From IMG/VR virus record IMGVR_UViG_3300031759_000004, positions 109,046 through 129,045 of that record: a stretch of DNA of 20,000 nucleotides. The stretch is one strand, 5' to 3'. Every line of letters begins with the position of its first letter. Within the stretch, counting starts at the first letter, position 1. Under the pieces are notes generated by a model. It ran no database searches. It had not been told where the DNA came from and saw only the letters and a list, made by a program, of their open reading frames with translations. Origin of the DNA: an uncultured virus (IMG/VR IMGVR_UViG_3300031759_000004) (taxonomy: Duplodnaviria > Heunggongvirae > Uroviricota > Caudoviricetes). Position numbers and translations under genes: made by a program. Positions 1 through 8,165 of this stretch are shown piece by piece.

Positions 1-1
1 T

Positions 2-319
2 TTAGATTTCGTCTACAGTGAATTGGTTGGCTTCCAGGTATCCGATCAGGCGCGGGCTGAGGACCAGGTCCAGCACGTGGATACTGGCGTTCTTCGGGTG
101 GTTCAAGGCTTCGGCCAGCCGCTCGACGGTGTCCTCGTTGGCCAGGATCAGGGCGCACTCCTCGGAGTTAAGCTGAATCGCCTCGGTTTCATCAGACTCC
201 TCGATGCCGTCCAGGTAGATGTTGGCCATCGTCACCGGGCTGACGTGCGGGTTGCGCCGGATCGTGCCGTCGTCGCGGAGTTCTTGGAGCAGATCGTCCA
301 GTGCCGTTGGTTTCTTCAT
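2..319 (-). CDS. Hypothetical acidic protein (105 aa)
   Basis: Complete ORF (ATG 319, TAA 2-4), divergent from the 375 gene. GTACCTAT motif lies 9 nt upstream. No recognisable family. Confidence 0.7.
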   Translation of the reverse strand: MKKPTALDDLLQELRDDGTIRRNPHVSPVTMANIYLDGIEESDETEAIQLNSEECALILANEDTVERLAEALNHPKNASIHVLDLVLSPRLIGYLEANQFTVDEI

Positions 320-374
320 GTTCTAGTGATAGGTACGTCGCAAGAACGGAAAACCCGGGCGTATTTAGCTCATA

Positions 375-929
375 ATGAAATACACGGAGCGAAAAGAGTG
401 GCTCTACGATGGCGAGATTTTCAGGCTCAGGCCGGACGTCACCACGGCGCTGAAAATCCACGCGGAGTACATCGCCAAGCACGCGCCCATCCCCGGGCCG
501 CTGTTCCTGGAAGTGGATCGCCGGTCGACCAAGTATGACGACCTGTGGCACATGCCGCTGGACGAGCGCACCGTGTTCTCCCGGGAGCTGAAGGTGCCTG
601 CGCTGGTGACCAAGGAGCGCCCCGACTGGCGGCTCACCAAGGTGGGCCTGACGCCCATGCAGAAGCACAAAATCTGGCTGGCCAATCTGCACCTACAGGA
701 GTTTGACTGGTTTCCGGCCCAGGGCGACATGATGTTTTTCGACGGCTACCGGCACATGATCCAGAAGGTGGTACTGGAGCCGCAGGCATTCTGGCAGCAG
801 ACCAACGTCTGGCTGGGCCTGATCTGCGAAACGGTCATCCCGGCGGAAGGCGATGCCAAGCCGCTGCTCGATCCCTCGGTGCCCGTGCCACAGGAACGTA
901 TACAAACGAGGCCGCTGCCGGAACTATGA
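375..929 (+). CDS. Neck/head-closure protein, T4 gp14-like
   Basis: Pattern DDLW..F..LTKVGL..FPAQGDMMFFDG..IQKV..FWQQTN..LICE resembles gp14-family P.EGD.I.F...F.I..V...F.Q.G. Lies upstream of the tail terminator and sheath. GTATTTAG motif 6 nt upstream. Confidence 0.65.
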   Translation: MKYTERKEWLYDGEIFRLRPDVTTALKIHAEYIAKHAPIPGPLFLEVDRRSTKYDDLWHMPLDERTVFSRELKVPALVTKERPDWRLTKVGLTPMQKHKIWLANLHLQEFDWFPAQGDMMFFDGYRHMIQKVVLEPQAFWQQTNVWLGLICETVIPAEGDAKPLLDPSVPVPQERIQTRPLPEL

Positions 930-1279
930 GCATCGGCAGCCTCATGGAACAGGCGCTCCAGCAGCACATGGCCGAGCGCACGCGGGACCCGGAAATCCGG
1001 CAGCGCATCGTGCTGGCCGTGATGACCGCGTTTGCCGGACTGCGCAAAAAGCCGGTGCCTGACCTGGCGCTGCGCGTCCAGAAGATGCAGGAACAGGTGC
1101 AACGCCTGGCGGAGGAGGTATCCGTCGAGTTTCAGCACGGGAACCTCGTAGTTAAGCCAGCAGGTTCCGCTGAGTCGCTGATCCGCCAGTTTCGACTTGG
1201 GTCGGACTGGTTTGACCCGGAGCCTGACATTGACCATATAATCGTGGCCGCCGCGCTGGCAGGCCCAAAGCGTAGTTAA
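926..1279 (+). CDS. Hypothetical protein, possibly a neck/tail-completion protein
   Basis: ATGA overlap with the upstream gene; position in the neck module. C-terminal LIRQFRLGSDWFDP is only weakly like the E(F/Y)GT..P motif of HK97 gp10-type proteins. Confidence 0.55.
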   Translation: MSIGSLMEQALQQHMAERTRDPEIRQRIVLAVMTAFAGLRKKPVPDLALRVQKMQEQVQRLAEEVSVEFQHGNLVVKPAGSAESLIRQFRLGSDWFDPEPDIDHIIVAAALAGPKRS

Positions 1280-1282
1280 AGT

Positions 1283-1540
1283 ATGAACATCAAAAACGTA
1301 ATCACCGAGGCTGTGAGTAGCGGCAGCCGGAACTATGTCCAGGAAGCCGTAAACCAACTCCTGGGCGAGGACGTGAAGTCTGGCCAGACCGTCGCGGTCG
1401 TGGACGATCCGATCTCAGGCATGACCGGCCTGAAGGGCAAGGTCCGCAAGATTTCTGACTCGAACCCGGGCTTTGCCGAGATTGAGTCGGAGAACGGGAC
1501 GATCTACAACATGCAGACGTCCCTGTTGGTCCCCATCTGA
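1283..1540 (+). CDS. Small protein with a C-terminal KOW/SH3-like beta-barrel
   Basis: VKSGQTVAVVDDPISGMTGLKGKVRKIS..GFAEIE fits the KOW pattern G..V.V..G...G..G.V..I. GTAGTTAA motif 3 nt upstream. Confidence 0.6.
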   Translation: MNIKNVITEAVSSGSRNYVQEAVNQLLGEDVKSGQTVAVVDDPISGMTGLKGKVRKISDSNPGFAEIESENGTIYNMQTSLLVPI

Positions 1541-1587
1541 TCTAGTTCTAGTGAACTCTGCCGCGCTGTTCGCGGCAGTGCCCCTGG

Positions 1588-1631
1588 CGGGGGTCGCTGT
1601 TGCATTGTGCAGCGACCCCCGTTTTGTATTT
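1588..1631 (+). terminator. Rho-independent terminator
   Basis: Perfect 12-bp stem CGGGGGTCGCTG (1588-1599) / CAGCGACCCCCG (1610-1621), 10-nt loop, then TTTTGTATTT. Confidence 0.75.
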
Positions 1632-1636
1632 AGGGC

Positions 1637-2650
1637 GTGAGCAATGTGCTAGATTTTGATTCCGGCGCGCTGGCCAGCACCGGCATGCGCTACCACGAGC
1701 TGGCGCTGCAAGCGTGGCTCAACCGGATTTTGACGCTGCGCTGGGGTGTGCCCATGCCGGTGGTCATGTCCAGCCCCATGGACGCCTTCTCGGAGTTCAC
1801 CCGGTTGTGGGCCATGGACAAGAATCCGTACAAGTACCTGCTGGATGCCAAGGACGAAAACGGCAATCCCCTGTACCAGCCGTATCCCGCGCCCATCCGA
1901 TACCCGGTGATCTCGGTCTTCCGCAAAAATTACAAGCTGCGCCAGAGCCACAATTTTTCCATCCACAACATGCGGCACATCGCCTGGCCGACCGTCTCGG
2001 ATGACACGGTTCCGGTGCCGGGCAAGCCGCAGCAGGGCACCGGCCTGACCCGGGGCGATCTGGGCAATGTCATTGTGGCCCGGTACCCCATGGCCCTGGA
2101 CTACCGGTTCCAGATTGACTTTTTCTGCAACCGGCCCGACACCCAGTCGTTTTTCCTGAACCAGCTGTTTCGGGAATTCTGGCGGACCGGCGGCACGCAG
2201 TTGCAGACCTGGACAATGGTCGCCTACCCGCTCATCGGCCCCAAGCTGGTGCGCGTCTACATTGACGGGGACGTGGAGAACATGACGCCCGAGACGCCCG
2301 AGGAGGGAAAAAACGTGGAGTTCCGCGTCAGCTTGACGGTGGTCATGGAGGGCTACGAAGTGGACCTGCGCTACAAGGTGCATCCCACGCTCTGGAGCCT
2401 GGTCTTCAACAGCGGGGCCGCCGTGCCCGCGACCGTGGTCCAGGCGTTCACGCTCACGTCCGACATGGATTTCGTTACGCCCGTGGATTTGCGCGGCGAC
2501 TGCGACACCAACCCGACCGTGGCTTACCGGGCGGCCACCTCGGACATGCCGCCCTGCGGAACGTACCAGCCGGACACGAACAACACGCTGCCGACGGCCA
2601 GCCCGGCCCCGGCGATCATACCTGGTGAAAGCCAGGAGGTGTTTGATTAA
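1637..2650 (+). CDS. Tail terminator / sheath stabiliser, T4 gp15-like
   Basis: YPVISVFR...YPMALDYRFQIDFF...FLNQLFREF...FRVSLTVVMEGY resembles the gp15 family. Immediately upstream of the sheath. GTG start with GTATTTAG 3 nt upstream. Confidence 0.65.
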   Translation: MSNVLDFDSGALASTGMRYHELALQAWLNRILTLRWGVPMPVVMSSPMDAFSEFTRLWAMDKNPYKYLLDAKDENGNPLYQPYPAPIRYPVISVFRKNYKLRQSHNFSIHNMRHIAWPTVSDDTVPVPGKPQQGTGLTRGDLGNVIVARYPMALDYRFQIDFFCNRPDTQSFFLNQLFREFWRTGGTQLQTWTMVAYPLIGPKLVRVYIDGDVENMTPETPEEGKNVEFRVSLTVVMEGYEVDLRYKVHPTLWSLVFNSGAAVPATVVQAFTLTSDMDFVTPVDLRGDCDTNPTVAYRAATSDMPPCGTYQPDTNNTLPTASPAPAIIPGESQEVFD

Positions 2651-2696
2651 ACTAGGCGTCTACAGCTGACGGACAACGGCAGACGGGCGGCAATCG

Positions 2697-2768
2697 GTAG
2701 TTAAGGCAATGAACAACGGAACAGCCAAAGAAACCCAGGGAGGTGCCCAGAGGCACCCCCGTAGTTAA
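2697..2768 (+). promoter_or_regulatory. Tandem GTAGTTAA motifs upstream of the sheath gene
   Basis: Identical octamers at 2697-2704 and 2761-2768, with a hairpin (2738-2760) directly before the second. Confidence 0.6.
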
Positions 2769-2782
2769 GACAGCGAAAGCTT

Positions 2783-5077
2783 ATGACGACACCGTCTTTT
2801 ACACCAAAAACCTTTCCCGGGGTTTACACGCAGATTGTTGACAAGTCCTTTTTTACGCCGACGAGCAGCCGGTTCAAACCGGGGTTCATCGGAGTGGCCA
2901 CCAAGGGACCGTTCAACACGCCCGTTCAGATTCAGTCGCTGAATGACTTCGTGGCAAATTTCGGCAACCCGATTCCGACCGTTGAAACGCCGGACCCGGA
3001 CACGGGCCTAATCGGGCCGTCCGACGGGACGGGCTATTTCATGGCCGATGCCGTGGACGCGTGTTCGGACTACACCAACCAGATGACGGTGATCCGCATC
3101 GGCAAGACCTTCACCGAACTGCCCGCCGCCGACGGCGTGGGCACGGTCAACAACCTGGTGCTCAACTGCCCGGACAGCTACGCGGCGGTGAACGACATTC
3201 TTAACGCTTCAACCACATCCGCCCTGTACATCAGCGTCACGGAACCTGGAAAGAAGTCCACGGTCAACGCCGTGGTGACCAGCGCCTCCAACGGCACCCT
3301 TTCCATCCTATCGGGCCTGCCGTTGCAGGACAGTTATGATGCGGGTCAGATTTCCTACAGCGTGAACAACCCCGCCGCGTTCACGGCGGAAAGCGTCGTG
3401 TCCTGCTACACCTACGGCAGCGGAACCAACACGGCGGATCACGCGCTTTCGCTGGGCACCATTTCCAACGCGGTCAAGAACACGTTTCAGTTCACGGTTT
3501 CCTCAAACATCACCAGCGTCACGCCGGGCATGGTCCTCAAAATCCAGCAGAGCAGCCCGCAACGCGTTCCCACCCTGGAAGTGCGTGTGGCCAGCCGCCT
3601 GGTCAATCCGGATGGCAGCGGCACGGTCTTCCTGGAAACAGCCAGCATTCAGCAGATCGGTTACCAGGCGCTGCCTTTGCAGGACAACTATTCGGCAGGC
3701 GCGCAGGTGTTTGCCGCCACCGGGTCCCAGCCGTTCATGTGGCTGTCCGCTGCCAGTCCCGGCAGCTGGGCCAACGGCACCAATTCGGCGACCGGCCTGT
3801 ACGTCAAAGTCCGGCCCGGGTCCGGCCCGGGCACCAAGAAGCTGGAAGTTTACTGGAACTCGGCCCTGGAAGAGACGCACGACAACATCACCAACATTCC
3901 GGGCGACGCCAATTACTGGGATGTTCGGCTGGCACAAGGCATCAGCAAATACGTCTACGTCAGCAACATCATCGGCAGCAACAATTACGGCTGGACGCCC
4001 GCCAACACGGTGGCTCCGTGGGATGCTCGTTTTTACACCAGCACGCCCACGGTCGGCTTGCCGGTTCCGATGCCCGCCGGTGCCATTAACGCAGGCACCC
4101 TGGTCATCAACGGTGTCGTCACCGCCAAGGGCGGTCAGTTTGTCAACGGAGCCGACGGCGAAACTTTGGACCCGGTGGCAGACTCTGCGGTCTGGACCGG
4201 CACCCTGGACCCGGTGACGGACAAATACTCCGGCATCCGGGCTTTCGAGAACAAGCGCAAGGTGGACGTCAACGTCATCATCCTGCCGATGGACAATGTC
4301 TCGCTGGCGATCTTGAGCCAGCTGGCCAGCACGTGCTTTGCGATCAACGCCATCGCCGTCACGGACGTGCCCTCCCGGCTTAACGCCCGGCAGGCCATCG
4401 ACTGGCACAACGGCCAGGGCCAGAACAACCAAACGGGCAAGCTGGACAGCCACAACGTGGCCGTGTTCTGGAACTGGGGTCAGCGCACCAACAGCTTTGG
4501 CGTCACCCAGCTCGTGCCGCCGTCGGTGTTCTGGGCGCGCGCCGCTGGTTTCACCTTCAACAGCTTTGCACCCTGGTACGCCATCGCGGGCGAGACCCGG
4601 GGCTACCTGCCGGACTGTGAAGCTGTGCAGTTCGACGACGTGTCGGAGGACACGCTTCAGGCCATGTACGGCAACGGCAACAGCGTCAATCCGATCCTCA
4701 ACATGCAGGGGAACTTTTTCCTGTACGGCGAGCGCACGATGCAGCGGCTGGAAAGCAAGCTGACGGCCATCCACTCGGTCATCTGTGTGAACTGGACCGT
4801 CAACGGCCTGGCGCAGGTGTTCCGCCGGTTTGTCTTCGATCCGAACGACGCCGAGCTGCTCACCAACATGGACCTGGCGGGTAACGAGTTCCTGGCGCGG
4901 ATCAAGAACGACCGGGGCCTGGAAGATTACAACCTGTCCATCACGGCGTCCGCCGACGACCGGAACAACCGGCAGGTGATCTGCAACCTGGCGCTCATTC
5001 CCGCCGACGTGGCGGAGAAAATCTACATCAACGCCACGGTCTACGAGAGCGGGGCGGTGATCAACAGCATTTCTTAA
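2783..5077 (+). CDS. Contractile tail sheath protein (764 aa)
   Basis: N-terminal FPGVYTQIVDKS..GFIGVATKGPFNTPVQI..FVANFG; C-terminal VPPS, PWYAIAGETRG, VNPI, YGERT, FVFDPND, PADVAEKIYI are sheath hallmarks. Confidence 0.95.
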   Translation: MTTPSFTPKTFPGVYTQIVDKSFFTPTSSRFKPGFIGVATKGPFNTPVQIQSLNDFVANFGNPIPTVETPDPDTGLIGPSDGTGYFMADAVDACSDYTNQMTVIRIGKTFTELPAADGVGTVNNLVLNCPDSYAAVNDILNASTTSALYISVTEPGKKSTVNAVVTSASNGTLSILSGLPLQDSYDAGQISYSVNNPAAFTAESVVSCYTYGSGTNTADHALSLGTISNAVKNTFQFTVSSNITSVTPGMVLKIQQSSPQRVPTLEVRVASRLVNPDGSGTVFLETASIQQIGYQALPLQDNYSAGAQVFAATGSQPFMWLSAASPGSWANGTNSATGLYVKVRPGSGPGTKKLEVYWNSALEETHDNITNIPGDANYWDVRLAQGISKYVYVSNIIGSNNYGWTPANTVAPWDARFYTSTPTVGLPVPMPAGAINAGTLVINGVVTAKGGQFVNGADGETLDPVADSAVWTGTLDPVTDKYSGIRAFENKRKVDVNVIILPMDNVSLAILSQLASTCFAINAIAVTDVPSRLNARQAIDWHNGQGQNNQTGKLDSHNVAVFWNWGQRTNSFGVTQLVPPSVFWARAAGFTFNSFAPWYAIAGETRGYLPDCEAVQFDDVSEDTLQAMYGNGNSVNPILNMQGNFFLYGERTMQRLESKLTAIHSVICVNWTVNGLAQVFRRFVFDPNDAELLTNMDLAGNEFLARIKNDRGLEDYNLSITASADDRNNRQVICNLALIPADVAEKIYINATVYESGAVINSIS

Positions 5078-5083
5078 TCGACT

Positions 5084-5704
5084 ATGAAAATTGGATTCAA
5101 CAACACCTTTGGCGCGCAGACCAGCGCGACCAGCTTGGACTTGCAGCGCTCCGATCTGTGGAAGGTAAACATCAGCCTTCCCCAGGTGCTGGGTTACCAG
5201 TGGGTGGATGACGTTCAATTCCTGCTGGAGAAGTTTCCGTTCCCGAACCGGGAGCGTGAGATGATCGAAGTGAAATACATGCAGCAGACCAACCTGCTGA
5301 TCGGCAAGGACACGCCGACGCCTGCCATCGAAATTCCGGTGCGCTACGCCTTCTCCACCCGGGCGGCGGAAGCCCTGGAAAAGTGGTTCTGGCTGAGTTC
5401 CAATCCGCGCACCGGCGGGGTCGGCCTGACCTCCCAGGTGAAGGCCATGGGTCGCATGACTTGGTACACGCCCAACATGCAGAACATGGTCAACGACATC
5501 AACAACCAGGCCCAGCCGGGGGCGTCCACCATGGACCCGGGCTTGACCTACGTTCTGGAAGGCTGCCAGCCCAAGGGCCTGAAGTTCAGCGACGGCGACA
5601 TGACCGCCAGCGGCTTCGTGAACATGATGTTTTCCCTCCAGATTGACCGGTACTATCCGGTGGACGTCAACAGCATGGTGACGACGCCGGTGCTCGCCAC
5701 GTAA
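5084..5704 (+). CDS. Tail tube protein (gp19-like)
   Basis: Directly follows the sheath; 206 aa. QRSDLWKV..FP.R..IEVKY..LEKW..YVLEGCQPKGLKFSDGD..FSLQIDR fits the tube pattern. Confidence 0.85.
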   Translation: MKIGFNNTFGAQTSATSLDLQRSDLWKVNISLPQVLGYQWVDDVQFLLEKFPFPNREREMIEVKYMQQTNLLIGKDTPTPAIEIPVRYAFSTRAAEALEKWFWLSSNPRTGGVGLTSQVKAMGRMTWYTPNMQNMVNDINNQAQPGASTMDPGLTYVLEGCQPKGLKFSDGDMTASGFVNMMFSLQIDRYYPVDVNSMVTTPVLAT

Positions 5705-6099
5705 TGTACGACCGCTACAAAGAAGCCATCTTGCGGGTCTGTACTCCGGTTGAGCGTCCACTGCTCGAAGTGGCCCCTCTGCCGGAGTTTGACTTGGGGA
5801 CCGCCCACGTCTGCCCGAGCTGTGGCCAGCTGAACGCCTTGGTGTCCGAGTCCGAGGCGGGTGAGCAAGCGTCGTGTCCGGACTGCCAGGCGATCTTTAC
5901 GCCCAAGCTGGAGTCCCTGGCCCGTCAGGTGATCCGCAAGCTGTCCGAGCGCCGGGCCAGCCGCCTGCGTGAGATTAAACGGTACGAGGCCCTGTCCCCG
6001 ACGCCGCCCAAAGGGGTGGACCCGGACGATTACGCCGCTTTCCGGCTGGCTGTGGATACCGCAGGCGTGGCTGAGCCGGAAGAGGATTTGCCGCTATGA
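5704..6099 (+). CDS. Zinc-ribbon protein
   Basis: CPSC-x17-CPDC followed by a basic helix and an acidic tail. TAATG overlap with the tube gene. Confidence 0.65.
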   Translation: MYDRYKEAILRVCTPVERPLLEVAPLPEFDLGTAHVCPSCGQLNALVSESEAGEQASCPDCQAIFTPKLESLARQVIRKLSERRASRLREIKRYEALSPTPPKGVDPDDYAAFRLAVDTAGVAEPEEDLPL

Positions 6100-6641
6100 T
6101 GTTACCGCGTCCAGTTGGGTTTGTGTCCATCTCCAAGATAACCTTGGCGGACGGCCAGGAGCTGTCCACGCAGCAGGCCGTCGACTACGGCTGGATCAAG
6201 GCACCCGCCGGGCGGCAGCCCGCTGGCTGGGGCCTGGAGCGCCACGAGGTGCCTGTGGGCAAGAATCTATTCCTCGACCAAGGCCGCCAGGCCATGGCTT
6301 TTGCTTTCGGGGGCCGCAGCCCGACGGTCAACTACGCCATCAGTTTGTTTGCCATCGGCACCGGCACGACGGCGGCCCAGGTGACGGACGTGGCGCTGGC
6401 CGCGCCCATCCTGTTCCCCAGCTCGCTGTACCACAAGGCCGTGGACTCGATTGACTACATGTCGCCTTTCGTGGTGCGCGTAGCTTTCACCATCGGCACC
6501 ACCGAGGCCAACGGCACGCTGATTAGCGAGATGGGCTTGCTGACGGGCGGCCAGGCGCTGGTGACCCGCAAGGTCCGCGCCACCAGCATCAACAAGACTT
6601 CAGATTACGCGCCCACGCTGACCTGGAGAATTCGATTTTAG
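6096..6641 (+). CDS. Baseplate/tail-collar protein (tail-fibre N-terminal, DUF3751-like)
   Basis: NLFLDQGR..FAIGTGTTAAQVTDVAL..EANGTLISEMGL..INKTSD..LTWRIRF is typical of this structural family. ATGA overlap. Confidence 0.75.
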   Translation: MMLPRPVGFVSISKITLADGQELSTQQAVDYGWIKAPAGRQPAGWGLERHEVPVGKNLFLDQGRQAMAFAFGGRSPTVNYAISLFAIGTGTTAAQVTDVALAAPILFPSSLYHKAVDSIDYMSPFVVRVAFTIGTTEANGTLISEMGLLTGGQALVTRKVRATSINKTSDYAPTLTWRIRF

Positions 6642-6643
6642 CT

Positions 6644-6970
6644 ATGAACAAACTTATCCAGAAAATTATCGGCGAGGCCGACATCGAGGCCACCACGCAA
6701 CACAGCGCAGTACCCGGAGAACTGGATGGCGCTATGACCCAAATTCGTGAGCGCTTTGTTGAGGAACGAGTTCATGGCTTCAAGGACCCGACAACAGGCC
6801 AAGCTGTTGGTCCCGTGAGCCGTGAACAGGCGGAAGCGGCCTGGCAACGCATTGAGCCTCAGCTCAGGCGGTTATTTAGGCAGGCGGAACCCGGCAGTGA
6901 AACGAGCCGGATGTTGGGCTTGCACCAGAGCCGGGACGTGTACAACTACCGGAATCCCAACGCACAGTAG
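6644..6970 (+). CDS. Hypothetical protein (possible head-associated protein)
   Basis: Tightly packed ORF; N-terminus MNKLIQKIIGEAD. Confidence 0.6.
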   Translation: MNKLIQKIIGEADIEATTQHSAVPGELDGAMTQIRERFVEERVHGFKDPTTGQAVGPVSREQAEAAWQRIEPQLRRLFRQAEPGSETSRMLGLHQSRDVYNYRNPNAQ

Positions 6971-6977
6971 TTAGCGT

Positions 6978-7331
6978 ATGATTGCAACCGTCACAGACAG
7001 CCAATTCGTCGGCGAGACTTTGTCTACGCTGTTCAGCGTCATCCAGCAGGGTCCGGCCAGCTTGATGGTGACGATGAAGAATAGCGGCGTCAACACGCTG
7101 AATTATGATTTTCAGGAATTCAACGGCACCTCCTGGGCGGACCTGGGCGCGCCGGGCAGCCTGCTCAACAACACGCTGATGGCCAACCAGGTGATCCAGC
7201 TGATCGTGACCTCCACGTATCCGCAGGTTCAGCTGGTAGGCAACGCCTCCGGCGGCGCGCTGTTGGAGTTCACGGTGGTCCGGTACTACAACCGGGCCAG
7301 CGGCGGAGCGCTGCCGCTCATCGCCGTCTAG
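6978..7331 (+). CDS. Small beta-rich protein, probably virion structural
   Basis: 117 aa rich in T/S/V/G/N with alternating beta pattern. GTAGTTAG 3 nt upstream. 3' end overlaps the convergent exonuclease gene by 14 bp. Confidence 0.6.
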   Translation: MIATVTDSQFVGETLSTLFSVIQQGPASLMVTMKNSGVNTLNYDFQEFNGTSWADLGAPGSLLNNTLMANQVIQLIVTSTYPQVQLVGNASGGALLEFTVVRYYNRASGGALPLIAV

Positions 7332-8151
7332 TCTGGTACTCCTCGTAGACGCGGCTGTACAACAGGCCGATGTTGGGGATACCGAGCGATTTGGCTTCCG
7401 CCACGGAAGCCAGCTGCAAACGTCCCGGATCAGGTACGTCCGGGACGTTGGTTTTTAAGCGGGTCAGCTCCAGGCACGCCAGGAACTGCTCCTGGCACTC
7501 CGGCGGCATTTGGCTCAGCAGCGCCGCCTTGGCCTCCTCGAACGTCATGTCTGGATTTACCTTACGGAACAGCTCGCGGCACTTTTTAGGACCCCAGCCA
7601 TGAACGCCCTTGATGTTGTCCACCGGGTCGCCGGTGATGGCCTGAACCAGCGCCACCTGGCTGGCCCGGGGCACGCCCCATTTTCGCCGGATGTAGTCGG
7701 GCGAGAGGATGGTCTTGGTGTTCAGGCAATAGTAATGGATGTTCCCTCGCTGAAGCTGTTGCAGGTCCTTGTCACCCGAGACCACGTAAACTTCGTCCGT
7801 TTTGGCGGCGCGTACTGCGGCGGTTGCCACGACACTGTCTGCCTCGTACTGGTCGTGTTCAAAGTTGACAGTGCCAAAGAGGAACGCCAGAACATCTTTA
7901 ACGGCTTCCTTGGTGTCATGATATACCTTTGGTTTGGTTTCTCGGCCCTTGTTGCTGGAAATGTTTTTGGGGTCCCAGCCGAACAGGGTCCGGTCTACGT
8001 ACACCCCAAGTTTGTCGATGTCGGGATTCAGCAGGATCAGCAGTGAGCGCACCATCAGACTGACCGCGTCCAGCGGTTCCCCGCCGCTGCGCTCGGCGGC
8101 GTACCAGGACCGGGCAAAAATACTATTTGCGTCAAAGCAGGCTGTTATCAT
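7318..8151 (-). CDS. 5'-3' exonuclease / flap endonuclease (T4 RNase H / T5 D15 / PolI 5' nuclease family)
   Basis: FDANS, FGWD, YEADS, VSGDKDLQQL and the H3TH motif GDPVDNIKGVHGWGPKK. Confidence 0.92.
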   Translation of the reverse strand: MITACFDANSIFARSWYAAERSGGEPLDAVSLMVRSLLILLNPDIDKLGVYVDRTLFGWDPKNISSNKGRETKPKVYHDTKEAVKDVLAFLFGTVNFEHDQYEADSVVATAAVRAAKTDEVYVVSGDKDLQQLQRGNIHYYCLNTKTILSPDYIRRKWGVPRASQVALVQAITGDPVDNIKGVHGWGPKKCRELFRKVNPDMTFEEAKAALLSQMPPECQEQFLACLELTRLKTNVPDVPDPGRLQLASVAEAKSLGIPNIGLLYSRVYEEYQTRRR

Positions 8152-8153
8152 GT

Positions 8154-8161
8154 GTAGGTAC
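8154..8161. promoter_or_regulatory. Shared bidirectional motif GTAGGTAC/GTACCTAC between divergent genes
   Basis: Only 14 bp separate the ATGs at 8151(-) and 8166(+). The motif matches on both strands. Confidence 0.55.
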
Positions 8162-8165
8162 TGGT

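Noticed and set aside
3809..4220. Short direct repeats in the sheath gene (TCCGGCCCGGG x2; TLDPVAD/TLDPVTD)
   Set aside because: Short, GC-rich and coding; not an array and no evident function.
3503..5761. 752-aa antisense ORF and other long opposite-strand or alternate-frame ORFs (e.g. 23-538, 1649-2383, 9178-9885, 10039-10872, 17870-18802)
   Set aside because: They are shadows of well-supported genes in GC-rich DNA and contain no recognisable motifs.
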